From Prevotellaceae bacterium (GTDB lineage Bacteria > Bacteroidota > Bacteroidia > Bacteroidales > UBA932): DNA of 50,350 nucleotides. The notes beneath the pieces are model-generated. The model worked only from the letters and a program-made list of their open reading frames with translations. It had not been told where the DNA came from and made no database searches. Position 1 is the first letter of the stretch. Every line of letters starts with the position of its first letter. This document shows, piece by piece, positions 26,689-35,827 of this stretch. The stretch lies in assembly GCA_031274595.1 (NCBI GenBank), contig JAISPX010000141.1, positions 1 through 50,350 on the forward strand, in the 5' to 3' direction. A program made the position numbers and the translations under genes.

Positions 26689-28989
26689 ATGAAAAAAATA
26701 ATCTTAACTTTAACGTTTATCTTTTCGTTTTTTGCTGCTCAATCTCAAAGTATTACAGGTAGAATAACAGACGAAAACCAAAATCCTGTAGAATTTGCAA
26801 ATATCATTTTGCTGCAACCTGCAGATTCTGCATTTGTGGCAGGAACTGTCAGCGATAGTGCGGGAATATTTTCGTTCAACGTTCCTGCAAGCAATTACAT
26901 TCTAAAAATCAGTACAATAGGATATGAAACCATTGAGAAACTAATCAGTCAGTCGGATTTGGGAATAATCACACTCAAAAATAATACTATCTCACTTGAC
27001 GAAGTGGTCGTGAAGGGTAATAGACCTGCTTTTTACTATCAGAACAACGCACTTGTAATGACTATTGAAAATACTGCCATTTCCGAACTCGGCGCTGCCG
27101 ATGACATTATCAAGAGGCTGCCGGGAGTAATTGAAAACAAAGGCAGTCTGATTGTTTTTGGCAAGGGTACTCCCGAAATTTATATCAACAATAAAAAGGT
27201 ACATAACAGTGATGAATTATCATTGCTCAATTCCAAAGATATTAAAAGCATAGAATTGGTCAACAATCCCGGCGCACAATATGATGCAACTACTCGTGCA
27301 GTGTTGATTATTAGGACAATTAAAAAAAGTAATGATTTTTCAGTTCTATATCGTCAAAGGCTGCAACAAGGCTCATTGTTCAGACACAACGAAACGCTAA
27401 CCTTAAATTATACAAAAAACAAATTCAATGCTTATTTGAATGTTTTCAATGCAAATGTCAATCTTAAAACAAAAGAAGACATTAAATTGAATATTTTTAC
27501 CGACACCATTTGGAACGAGCGTTCTCTGAATAATTATAAGAAGAAATTCAAAAATTTGGATATTCAGATGGGCATAGATTACGATATTTCAAAAAATCAT
27601 GCAGTTGGAGCGCAGTATTTTTTTGCTGCAAATCAGGGAAATGTTGATATTGATTTAAACTACAACATTTTAGCAAACAATAATCCATTTTCTCAAATAC
27701 AAATGCTATCAGAAATGACAGTAAAAAACTACAGACATAATGCCAATATGTTCTATTTTGGCAAATTGAGCGAAAAGTTAAACCTGAAAGTAGATTTTGA
27801 TTTTGTTACTAATAAATATAATGAAAATCAATCAGGTTCAGAAATTTCTGACAATGAACAAAGAACAATTACAAGCCAATCGGAAACACTTTTTGATATT
27901 TATGCTGCAAAAATAAACTTCAATTATATACCGAAAGTAAATCATTCCATTAGTTTTGGCATAGATTACAGCAATGTGCAGGGAAAAGGGAATTATAATA
28001 ATATAGAAAATTATGTCAAAAACAATAATTACAAAAATTCGGAAGAAAAAGAATCTTTTTTTGCAGAATATAGTTATTCAAGTAAAGTTCAGTTGAATGT
28101 CGGTTTGCGTTTCGAAAATGTTAAATCGCGATATGAAGATTTAATTGACAATCACAACAACAGTAACAAAATTTACAAATCATTATTTCCTAATTTCTCA
28201 CTCACAATGCCTGTGAAGGGAACAACAATGGGACTTGCATTTTCAAGCAGTATCAGTCGCCCATCTTTTCAGCAACTAAACAATAGATTGTTCTACGCAT
28301 CGCGTTTTCATTACGAAAAAGGCAATCCACAACTGCAACCTCAATTTTTTTACGATTTGACTTATGTTTTCTATTGGAAATTTTTGAATACACAATTCAA
28401 TTATCAGTATATTAAAGATTTCATTGGACTTTCAAGTTATGCTGACAATGAAAATTCATACCGAACAATCTCTACTTTCGTTAATTTCAACAAGTATCAG
28501 CAGTTGATGTTTCAATTGAACGGTACGCATAATATCAGCATTTGGAATATCAAATACTCTGTATCCATAATAAAACCCTATTTCTCCAATATTTACTTGA
28601 ACGAAACAATCTCATCCAACAAATCTTATGGATATTTCTCATTAAAAAATATTTTCAAATTGCCGAAAGATATCAGCATTTTCGTCGATTTTCAGTATAT
28701 TACAACAGGGAATCAATATCCTGATTATGTAAGCGCTACGCATAAAACCGACATAGGTATCAGTAAATCATTCTTCAATAAAGCGCTGACGCTCACGCTC
28801 TGGGGCATTGATATTTTTGATGGGAACAATTACAAAACATGGCAAAAAACCAACAATGTTTATTTTTGGAAGCAATCTTGGGACGACAACCGTTACATTC
28901 GCCTGATGATAATATACAATTTCAATAGTAATGGTCGAAAAAAATACCGTGGCGAGAATGCAGCCAAAGATGAAATGAATCGACTGTAA
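26689..28989 (+). CDS. Outer-membrane beta-barrel protein, paralogue 3
   Basis: 766 aa. The first 43 aa are almost identical to paralogue 2, and the terminal strand is IIYNFNSNGRKK. Confidence 0.85.
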   Translation: MKKIILTLTFIFSFFAAQSQSITGRITDENQNPVEFANIILLQPADSAFVAGTVSDSAGIFSFNVPASNYILKISTIGYETIEKLISQSDLGIITLKNNTISLDEVVVKGNRPAFYYQNNALVMTIENTAISELGAADDIIKRLPGVIENKGSLIVFGKGTPEIYINNKKVHNSDELSLLNSKDIKSIELVNNPGAQYDATTRAVLIIRTIKKSNDFSVLYRQRLQQGSLFRHNETLTLNYTKNKFNAYLNVFNANVNLKTKEDIKLNIFTDTIWNERSLNNYKKKFKNLDIQMGIDYDISKNHAVGAQYFFAANQGNVDIDLNYNILANNNPFSQIQMLSEMTVKNYRHNANMFYFGKLSEKLNLKVDFDFVTNKYNENQSGSEISDNEQRTITSQSETLFDIYAAKINFNYIPKVNHSISFGIDYSNVQGKGNYNNIENYVKNNNYKNSEEKESFFAEYSYSSKVQLNVGLRFENVKSRYEDLIDNHNNSNKIYKSLFPNFSLTMPVKGTTMGLAFSSSISRPSFQQLNNRLFYASRFHYEKGNPQLQPQFFYDLTYVFYWKFLNTQFNYQYIKDFIGLSSYADNENSYRTISTFVNFNKYQQLMFQLNGTHNISIWNIKYSVSIIKPYFSNIYLNETISSNKSYGYFSLKNIFKLPKDISIFVDFQYITTGNQYPDYVSATHKTDIGISKSFFNKALTLTLWGIDIFDGNNYKTWQKTNNVYFWKQSWDDNRYIRLMIIYNFNSNGRKKYRGENAAKDEMNRL

Positions 28990-29012
28990 GCCATCTCAAA
29001 AATAACTTTCCG

Positions 29013-30314
29013 CTATAATACAATTCCGTACAAATCATAGTCTTCGCTTGCTGTGATTTTTACATTGATAAAGTCGCCTGTTTGCGGTATTTTGTTTTCA
29101 GGAATTGATATGCGAGGAATTAAAACTTCGTTGTCAATTTCGGGAGAATCGTATTCGGTGCGGGCAACAATGTGTTCATTTTCAATTCTGTCAACAATAA
29201 CTTGATACTCCTTCCCTACTCTATTCAAATTTAATTTTTGAGATATTGAATTTTGGATTTCCATAATTTCGTCGGCTCTGGCGTTTTTAATATTTTCGGG
29301 AATATTATCATCAAAATTCTTTGCCGAAAACGTGCCTTCTTCTTCGGAATAAGAAAATACGCCAAGCCTGTCGAATTTTATATCTTCAACAAATTTTTTT
29401 AATTCCTCAAACGCATTTTCATCTTCGCCCGGATGACCTGTTAAAAGCGTTGTGCGCAAGGTAATATCGGGAATTTGTGTTCGTAAATTGTCTATCAATC
29501 TGTAAATTTCACTGTTTGCTCCGCGCCGCATTTTTTTCAGTACATCATTGTTTATATGCTGAAAAGGAATATCAATGTATTTGCAAATCTTCGGATTGCT
29601 TGCCATTTCGGCGATTAGGTCTTCAGGAAAATTTGACGGATATGCATAATGCAAACGTATCCACTCTATTCCGTCAATTTTGCTCAATTTATTCAGCAAT
29701 TCGGCAAGTTTTTGTTTTTTATAAATATCCAATCCGTAATACGTAGTATCCTGAGCGATTACGAGCAGTTCCTTTACGCCTTGCTGAGCCAGAAGATTAG
29801 TTTCGGCAAGCAGTTTTTCAATATTTACAGATGTATATTTTCCGCGAATTGCAGGAATAGCGCAATACGAACAATGTCGGTTGCAACCTTCGGCAATTTT
29901 GAGATATGCATAATGTTTCGGCGTTGATATGTAACGTTCGCCAATCAATGTTTTTTTATATTGCATACCGATTTTTGCAACTATATCTTTTAAATTTTTA
30001 ACTCCGAAAAAATTGTCAACTTCGGGAATTTCGGCACGTAATTCATTGGCATAACGTTCTGCAAGGCAGCCAAAAACGAAAAGATATTCAATATCTCCTC
30101 TGCATTTTGCTTCCGCAAACTGTATTATTGTATTTATTGATTCTTCTTTTGCGGCAGTAATAAATCCGCAAGTGTTTATCACTACAATTTTTGCCGACAT
30201 GTCGTTGCTGTCGAACACAACTTGGTAACCGTTGGCAACGAACTGTGCGCTTAAATATTCCGAATCGACAGTATTTTTAGAACATCCGAGAGTTATAAGA
30301 TTAATCTTTTTCAA
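29013..30314 (-). CDS. rimO: Ribosomal protein S12 methylthiotransferase RimO
   Basis: 433 aa with N-terminal ITLGCSKNTVDSE, the radical-SAM motif CNRHCSYC and a C-terminal TRAM-like domain. Confidence 0.9.
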   Translation of the reverse strand: MKKINLITLGCSKNTVDSEYLSAQFVANGYQVVFDSNDMSAKIVVINTCGFITAAKEESINTIIQFAEAKCRGDIEYLFVFGCLAERYANELRAEIPEVDNFFGVKNLKDIVAKIGMQYKKTLIGERYISTPKHYAYLKIAEGCNRHCSYCAIPAIRGKYTSVNIEKLLAETNLLAQQGVKELLVIAQDTTYYGLDIYKKQKLAELLNKLSKIDGIEWIRLHYAYPSNFPEDLIAEMASNPKICKYIDIPFQHINNDVLKKMRRGANSEIYRLIDNLRTQIPDITLRTTLLTGHPGEDENAFEELKKFVEDIKFDRLGVFSYSEEEGTFSAKNFDDNIPENIKNARADEIMEIQNSISQKLNLNRVGKEYQVIVDRIENEHIVARTEYDSPEIDNEVLIPRISIPENKIPQTGDFINVKITASEDYDLYGIVL

Positions 30315-30326
30315 TATCTTTATATT

Positions 30327-31283
30327 TTACGCCAAATCGCCAAACAGCGATTCAACAAACCGAGTTTTGTCGAATACCTGTAAATCATTGATACCTTCGC
30401 CTATTCCTATAAATTTTACAGGAATTTTGAACTGGTCGGATATACCCAGCACTACCCCACCCTTTGCCGTTCCGTCGAGTTTGGTAACAGCAAGCGAAGT
30501 TACGATTGTGGCTTTCGTAAATTCTTTTGCCTGCTGAAAAGCGTTTTGTCCCGTAGAACCGTCAAGAACAAGCAATACTTCGTGAGGCGCATCGGGAATA
30601 ACTTTTGCCATAACGTTGCGAATTTTTGTAAGTTCGTTCATCAAGTTTATTTTATTGTGTAAACGTCCGGCTGTGTCAATAAGGACAACATCGGCATTGT
30701 TGGCTACGGCAGATTTTACGGTGTCGTAAGCAACCGAAGCCGTATCCGAACCCATTTGCTGTTTTATAATTTCGGCGCCTGAGCGTTCAGCCCAAACTGT
30801 GAGTTGGTCAACAGCGGCGGCGCGAAAAGTGTCGGCGGCGCCAAGAAATACTTTTTTGCCTTCGCTTTTGAGTTGTGCTGCAAGTTTGCCAATTGTAGTT
30901 GTTTTTCCTACGCCGTTTACGCCTACAACCATTATCACATAAGGTTTTTTTGAAAAGTCGAAAGGCGTTTCGCCGTTTATTGAGCCATTTTCTTCGAGCA
31001 GCGAAGCGATTTCTTCTTTCAATATTTTATTCAACTCTGTAGTATTTACGTATTTATCGTGAGAAGCGCGTTTTTCGATGCGTTCAATTATTTTAAGAGT
31101 AGTTTCAACGCCTACGTCTGATGTTACCAAAACTTCTTCGAGATTATCAAGCACATTATCATCTATTTTTGATTTTGCTGTAATTATACGCGAAATTTTA
31201 TCAAATAATCCCGTTTTGGTTTTTTCCAAACCTTTATCCAAAGTTTCTTTTTTTTCTTTTGAGAATAATCCGAAAACTGCCAT
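30327..31283 (-). CDS. ftsY: Signal recognition particle receptor FtsY
   Basis: 318 aa with SRP GTPase motifs [20 protein letters not shown] and TKLDG. Confidence 0.95.
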   Translation of the reverse strand: MAVFGLFSKEKKETLDKGLEKTKTGLFDKISRIITAKSKIDDNVLDNLEEVLVTSDVGVETTLKIIERIEKRASHDKYVNTTELNKILKEEIASLLEENGSINGETPFDFSKKPYVIMVVGVNGVGKTTTIGKLAAQLKSEGKKVFLGAADTFRAAAVDQLTVWAERSGAEIIKQQMGSDTASVAYDTVKSAVANNADVVLIDTAGRLHNKINLMNELTKIRNVMAKVIPDAPHEVLLVLDGSTGQNAFQQAKEFTKATIVTSLAVTKLDGTAKGGVVLGISDQFKIPVKFIGIGEGINDLQVFDKTRFVESLFGDLA

Positions 31284-31690
31284 TCTTTAATTATTTTTAT
31301 ATTTATTTTGCTGCAAAGGTAATAAAATTAATGATTAATGATAAAATAGTAAATTTGCTCCACCTTGCCGGTTCGCAAGAAATAATGGTGTTTTCGTTTT
31401 CGGACTGCTTTCTCAGCTTATTTACATAAACGACAAAAAATTGATTGTTTTCGTCAATGTCCAATGACAAATCGCAGTTTATCGTTTTCAGAATTTCTAC
31501 AAAATCCCTTGTTTTTGCAGACAAGACCGGTACTGTCGCTCGAATTTATCATTATCGAAATGTTGTCAATCAGCGTAAATTCGCCGAATGAAACGCTTAT
31601 ATTATCTAATGATACCAATTTTCTGTTTTTTTAATTTGACTGTGTTTAATCGGATGATTTTTATTTTAATTGTGTTTCGCATAAGTAGTT

Positions 31691-32152
31691 TCATCTGTCA
31701 TATTTTTCCTGAATTTTACTCAAAATATATCTTGATACAGGTCTCGCTATTAAAAATTGCAGAGGAACTGCCATAAGCACATTTGATAAAACAGCGGCTG
31801 CGTATATCCACAGAAAATCTGACGACAATCCGTTATAAGTTATCGTGCCGAATAATGACATTAATAAAACCATCTGTATTATTGTACAACCTGATACGGC
31901 TATTATTACCTGTGTTTTTTTCTCTTTATTGATAGGAAGTTTAAAAGCAAATTTTCGAACTGTTTTGTTGACAAATAATTCGCTTAAAATCAACACAACA
32001 ACCAAAGAAGGAAGCATTTCTGCCAACAACCGGCTAAATGTTATGTTATTGATGCTTGTGTGGAGTAATATGTTGTATATGCTCATTCCCAATACCATCA
32101 GAGTGCTCATTAACAACGCAAAAATCATTTTCTCTTTTCTGTTTCTTGGCAT
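31691..32152 (-). CDS. Four-TM membrane protein (DUF2798-like by eye)
   Basis: 153 aa with two repeated halves, each containing two hydrophobic helices. It lies 13 nt downstream of aroK on the same strand. Confidence 0.6.
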   Translation of the reverse strand: MPRNRKEKMIFALLMSTLMVLGMSIYNILLHTSINNITFSRLLAEMLPSLVVVLILSELFVNKTVRKFAFKLPINKEKKTQVIIAVSGCTIIQMVLLMSLFGTITYNGLSSDFLWIYAAAVLSNVLMAVPLQFLIARPVSRYILSKIQEKYDR

Positions 32153-32165
32153 TTTGTTGTTTATA

Positions 32166-32702
32166 TTAATTGTTCATGCTATGCAAAAATACGAAATATT
32201 TTTCAAACAATTTTTCGGGACTGTGATTTTCGCTTGTCAGAACGATTTTTGCCTGTTCGTAAACAGGTTCTCTGACTGATAAAAGTTGTCGGATATGTTT
32301 GCGCAAATCGTTACCGCGCTTACCTTGTAATAGCGGTCGTTCGGGATTCGACAATAAAATATTCTCATATAATTCGTCAACACTACATTTCAGATAAATG
32401 CTTGTTCCGTGAGCGTTCATAAAATCAATATTATTGTTGTAACAAGGTGTTCCGCCGCCTGCGGCAAGTACAAATTTAGCGTTTTCGGCTGTTATTGTGA
32501 GTAAAGCGTTCAACTCGTATTCACGAAATTTTTTTTCGCCTTGTTCCGTAAAAATTTTTGTTATCAAATTATTAAATTTTTTCTCGATATAATCATCCAA
32601 ATCAAAAAAATCAATACCTAAAAGTGTTGCCAATGGTTTTGCGTAAACGGTTTTTCCGCATCCCATGAACCCAATTAAAAATATTCTTACGTTCTCGTTC
32701 AC
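32166..32702 (-). CDS. aroK: Shikimate kinase
   Basis: 178 aa with P-loop GFMGCGKT, DLD and the GGG lid region. Confidence 0.9.
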   Translation of the reverse strand: MNENVRIFLIGFMGCGKTVYAKPLATLLGIDFFDLDDYIEKKFNNLITKIFTEQGEKKFREYELNALLTITAENAKFVLAAGGGTPCYNNNIDFMNAHGTSIYLKCSVDELYENILLSNPERPLLQGKRGNDLRKHIRQLLSVREPVYEQAKIVLTSENHSPEKLFEKYFVFLHSMNN

Positions 32703-32734
32703 AAAAAAAACTTTTACAGATTTTCTATCATGAA

Positions 32735-35401
32735 TTATAACAGCGACATTTGCACGGCTTTGCTGTCGTCGGTTTCTGTCGGTTTATTGTTATCCGGTTC
32801 ATTTTGTTTCGGATTTTTTTCAAGAGGAGCAATAAATCTAACCTTGTCAACATCAAAAGTTGAAATGCGCTTGCCTTTTGCACGCGAAGTTTTTACGCCG
32901 ATAAATTCTTCGACATCAATAATTTCAGGTAAACGTTTTGCATGTTTTCCTTTGAATGTCATTTCGATTTGAGGATATTCATCGTGCGAAATTTCGACAA
33001 GATAAGATTGCTGATTTTCATCTATAAATCGTTGAGGCGCAATTGATATTTCAAATTTGAAACGTTTTACATAAAAATATTTTTGCTCGCTATCGAAATA
33101 AGTTGCTGAGAAAACGGTATCGGGATTATATTTTTCGATAGACAAAATATCTTCATCGTAACGATTGCTTAAATCGAAATTTGTTGTGAAATACGCTCCT
33201 TGCTTTGTTACAACAAGAATTTTATCGTCTCCGGCAAATTCGCCGAGCAAAATTCCTCTTCCGTCAACATTTAAACGATTTATTGATTCGTCAAACCAAA
33301 TCTGGCGACCGCTCAATGTTGATTCTCCTTTTTCTTTCAACACAATTTTGTGAATGGCGTATTTTGTAAAAATATTTCCGATTGATTGTCGTCCTTTGAT
33401 AGCAAGCGTGCCAAAATCAAGTTCTGTTATGAGATTTTTTAATCGCGGACGAGGTTTGAAATATACTTTCAATGTTTCGGCTTCGCCGTTGGGATTTGCG
33501 CTGAAATACAAAACCTGCGAGCCGGCAGTTCCTTTTGTCAGGTCATATTCTCTGTCGCGCGTAACTGATGTTACGGCAAAACGTTTTATCATTATCGCTC
33601 CGTTTTTTCCATCTCTGTAAGCGGCATTGTATATTGTTCTGTCGTCGTTACGCTTAAAAACTCCTACATGTATAATTTCTTTACCCACAAAGGTTTTTTC
33701 TGCAACTTTTGTAATTAGATATTTCCCGTTTTTAAGAAAAACAATAATATCGTCAACATCTGAACATTCGCCAACGTATTCATCCTTTTTCAGTCCTGTT
33801 CCGACAAAACCTTCCGCTCTGTTTACGTATAATTTTTCATTTGCAACAACAACCTGAGATGCTTGTATTATGTCGAAATTCATAATTTCCGTTTTGCGTT
33901 CGCGACCTTTTCCGTATTTCTTTTTTATCTGACGGAAATATGTAACTGCATAATCGATTAAATTATCAAGATTATTTTGTACTTCATCAATTTCAAATTC
34001 AACGTTTTTGATATGTTCATCTGCTTTTTTTATGTCGAATTTTGATATTCGGCGAACAGGCTTATCGGTAAGTTTGAGCACATCGTCTCGTGTAACTTCG
34101 CGTTTCATATTTTTTTGATATGGCTTGAATGCCAATTCAATTGCATCAAGTTGGTCTTCCCATGTTTTTGTATCTTTTTCGAGTTCGCGATAAATACGTT
34201 GTTCAAAAAATATTTTTTCCAGCGACGAATAATGCCAGTCTTCAAACAGTTCATTCATACGAATTTCCAACTCTTGTTTCAACAATTGTTTTGTTGAGTC
34301 GGTACAACGTTTCAAAATTTCCGTAACGCTTAAAAACATTGGCATTTTATTGACAATAACGCATGAATTGGGAGATATTGAAATTTCGCAATCGGTGAAT
34401 GCATAAAGCGCATCGATAGTTTTATCGGGTGATGTATCGTTGGCAAGATGAACAACTATTTCAACATTTTTTGATGTATTATCGTCAACTTTTTTGATTT
34501 TTATTCTTCCTTTTTCGTTGGCTTTGAGTATTGATTCGATTATTACCGAAGTTGTTTTTCCGTAAGGAACATTTGTTATTACAAGGGTTTTAAAATCTTC
34601 GCCTTTTACAATTTTTGCGCGTACTTTTACTGCGCCGCCTCTCAAACCGTCGTTATATCGTGAACAATCAATATATCCGCTTGTTGGAAAATCGGGATAC
34701 AATTCAAAATCTTTACTTTGCAAATATGCTATCGAAGCATCAATAAGTTCGTTGAAATTATGAGGTAAAATTTTAGACGCCAAACCTACCGCAATACCAT
34801 CAACGCCTTGCGACAACAACAATGGAAATTTCATAGGCAGCGTTACAGGTTCGTTGTTGCGTCCATCGTATGATGGCATCCATTGCGTGGTTTTGTGGTT
34901 GAACGCAACATCGTGTGCAAATTTCGACAGTCGCGCTTCTATGTAGCGAGGCGCTGCCGCATTATCGCCGGTTAAAATGTTTCCCCAGTTTCCCTGCGTT
35001 TCGATTAACAAATCTTTTTGTCCGAGTTGCACCAAAGCATCGCCGATGGATGCATCTCCGTGAGGATGATATTGCATAGTAGAACCGATAATATTTGCAA
35101 CTTTGTTGAAACGTCCATCGTCCATATTTTTCATTGCATGCAATATTCGCCGCTGCACAGGTTTAAGTCCATCGTTGATATGCGGAACGGCGCGTTCTAA
35201 TATTACATACGAAGCGTAATCAAGAAACCAGTCCTTGTACATACCCGAAAGAAGATGTTTTTTAGTATCATCAACTTCAATAAGTTTTGTAAATCGTCCT
35301 TTGGGAATGTCATCGGTTGCATTTTCTGTTTCTTCTGTTTCGCCGATTTCTTCTCTTATTTCTTCGTCTATTGGTTCTTCCAATTCAAAATCGTCTGTCA
35401 T
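32735..35401 (-). CDS. parC: DNA topoisomerase IV subunit A (type IIA topoisomerase A subunit)
   Basis: 888 aa with DGLKPVQRRILH, QYHPHGD and AAPRYIEARL (catalytic Tyr). I could not find a GyrA-box (QRRGGKG-like) at the start of the C-terminal domain, and the gene pairs with a 623-aa B subunit. These features favour ParC over GyrA. Confidence 0.85.
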   Translation of the reverse strand: MTDDFELEEPIDEEIREEIGETEETENATDDIPKGRFTKLIEVDDTKKHLLSGMYKDWFLDYASYVILERAVPHINDGLKPVQRRILHAMKNMDDGRFNKVANIIGSTMQYHPHGDASIGDALVQLGQKDLLIETQGNWGNILTGDNAAAPRYIEARLSKFAHDVAFNHKTTQWMPSYDGRNNEPVTLPMKFPLLLSQGVDGIAVGLASKILPHNFNELIDASIAYLQSKDFELYPDFPTSGYIDCSRYNDGLRGGAVKVRAKIVKGEDFKTLVITNVPYGKTTSVIIESILKANEKGRIKIKKVDDNTSKNVEIVVHLANDTSPDKTIDALYAFTDCEISISPNSCVIVNKMPMFLSVTEILKRCTDSTKQLLKQELEIRMNELFEDWHYSSLEKIFFEQRIYRELEKDTKTWEDQLDAIELAFKPYQKNMKREVTRDDVLKLTDKPVRRISKFDIKKADEHIKNVEFEIDEVQNNLDNLIDYAVTYFRQIKKKYGKGRERKTEIMNFDIIQASQVVVANEKLYVNRAEGFVGTGLKKDEYVGECSDVDDIIVFLKNGKYLITKVAEKTFVGKEIIHVGVFKRNDDRTIYNAAYRDGKNGAIMIKRFAVTSVTRDREYDLTKGTAGSQVLYFSANPNGEAETLKVYFKPRPRLKNLITELDFGTLAIKGRQSIGNIFTKYAIHKIVLKEKGESTLSGRQIWFDESINRLNVDGRGILLGEFAGDDKILVVTKQGAYFTTNFDLSNRYDEDILSIEKYNPDTVFSATYFDSEQKYFYVKRFKFEISIAPQRFIDENQQSYLVEISHDEYPQIEMTFKGKHAKRLPEIIDVEEFIGVKTSRAKGKRISTFDVDKVRFIAPLEKNPKQNEPDNNKPTETDDSKAVQMSLL

Positions 35402-35451
35402 ATAAATTGTTGTGCTGTTTTATTTATTATTATTTTATGTGTTTGTAATAT

Positions 35452-35823
35452 TTAAAATTCCAAGGTCGTCTGTGTGCCTTCAACAGTATGCTTACGTTTT
35501 TCAGCAACTTTATTATCAATATTTTCTTCTTCCTCATCTTCATCTTCAAGATATTCAGGATATTTTTCGTAAAATTTATCTCGAAAGATACTTTCCAATT
35601 TGATAAAATGAGTAAAACCATCTTCATCCTCTTCTGCATATTTTGTAATGAACACATCGCCACAACGATGTTCTAACACAACTGTATCGCCGGGAAATAA
35701 TGCCATTTCATAAAGCATTGCGCCCAAATAACGACAATCGTAATGTTCTAAACAAACTGTCAATTCGTCGCCATCGCACAAGTCTTCCCATTGTGCATCT
35801 GTAAGAGCAATTGTTTGTTTCAT
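35452..35823 (-). CDS. Hypothetical, extremely acidic 123-aa protein with four Cys (C16, C24, C30, C54) and nearby His
   Basis: The ATG start is 4 nt downstream of the methyltransferase stop. About 33 D/E versus about 12 K/R, with a C-terminal EDEDEEEE tract. No family was recognised by eye. Confidence 0.7.
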   Translation of the reverse strand: MKQTIALTDAQWEDLCDGDELTVCLEHYDCRYLGAMLYEMALFPGDTVVLEHRCGDVFITKYAEEDEDGFTHFIKLESIFRDKFYEKYPEYLEDEDEEEENIDNKVAEKRKHTVEGTQTTLEF

Positions 35824-35827
35824 TTTT

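Noticed and set aside
35430-35676. Alternative ORFs (35430-35663 minus, 35488-35676 plus) overlapping the acidic 123-aa gene
   Set aside because: They are Lys/Ile-rich mirror translations of the GAA/GAT-rich tail. The 35452-35823 frame is longer, starts with ATG 4 nt after the upstream stop, and has a balanced N-terminal domain.
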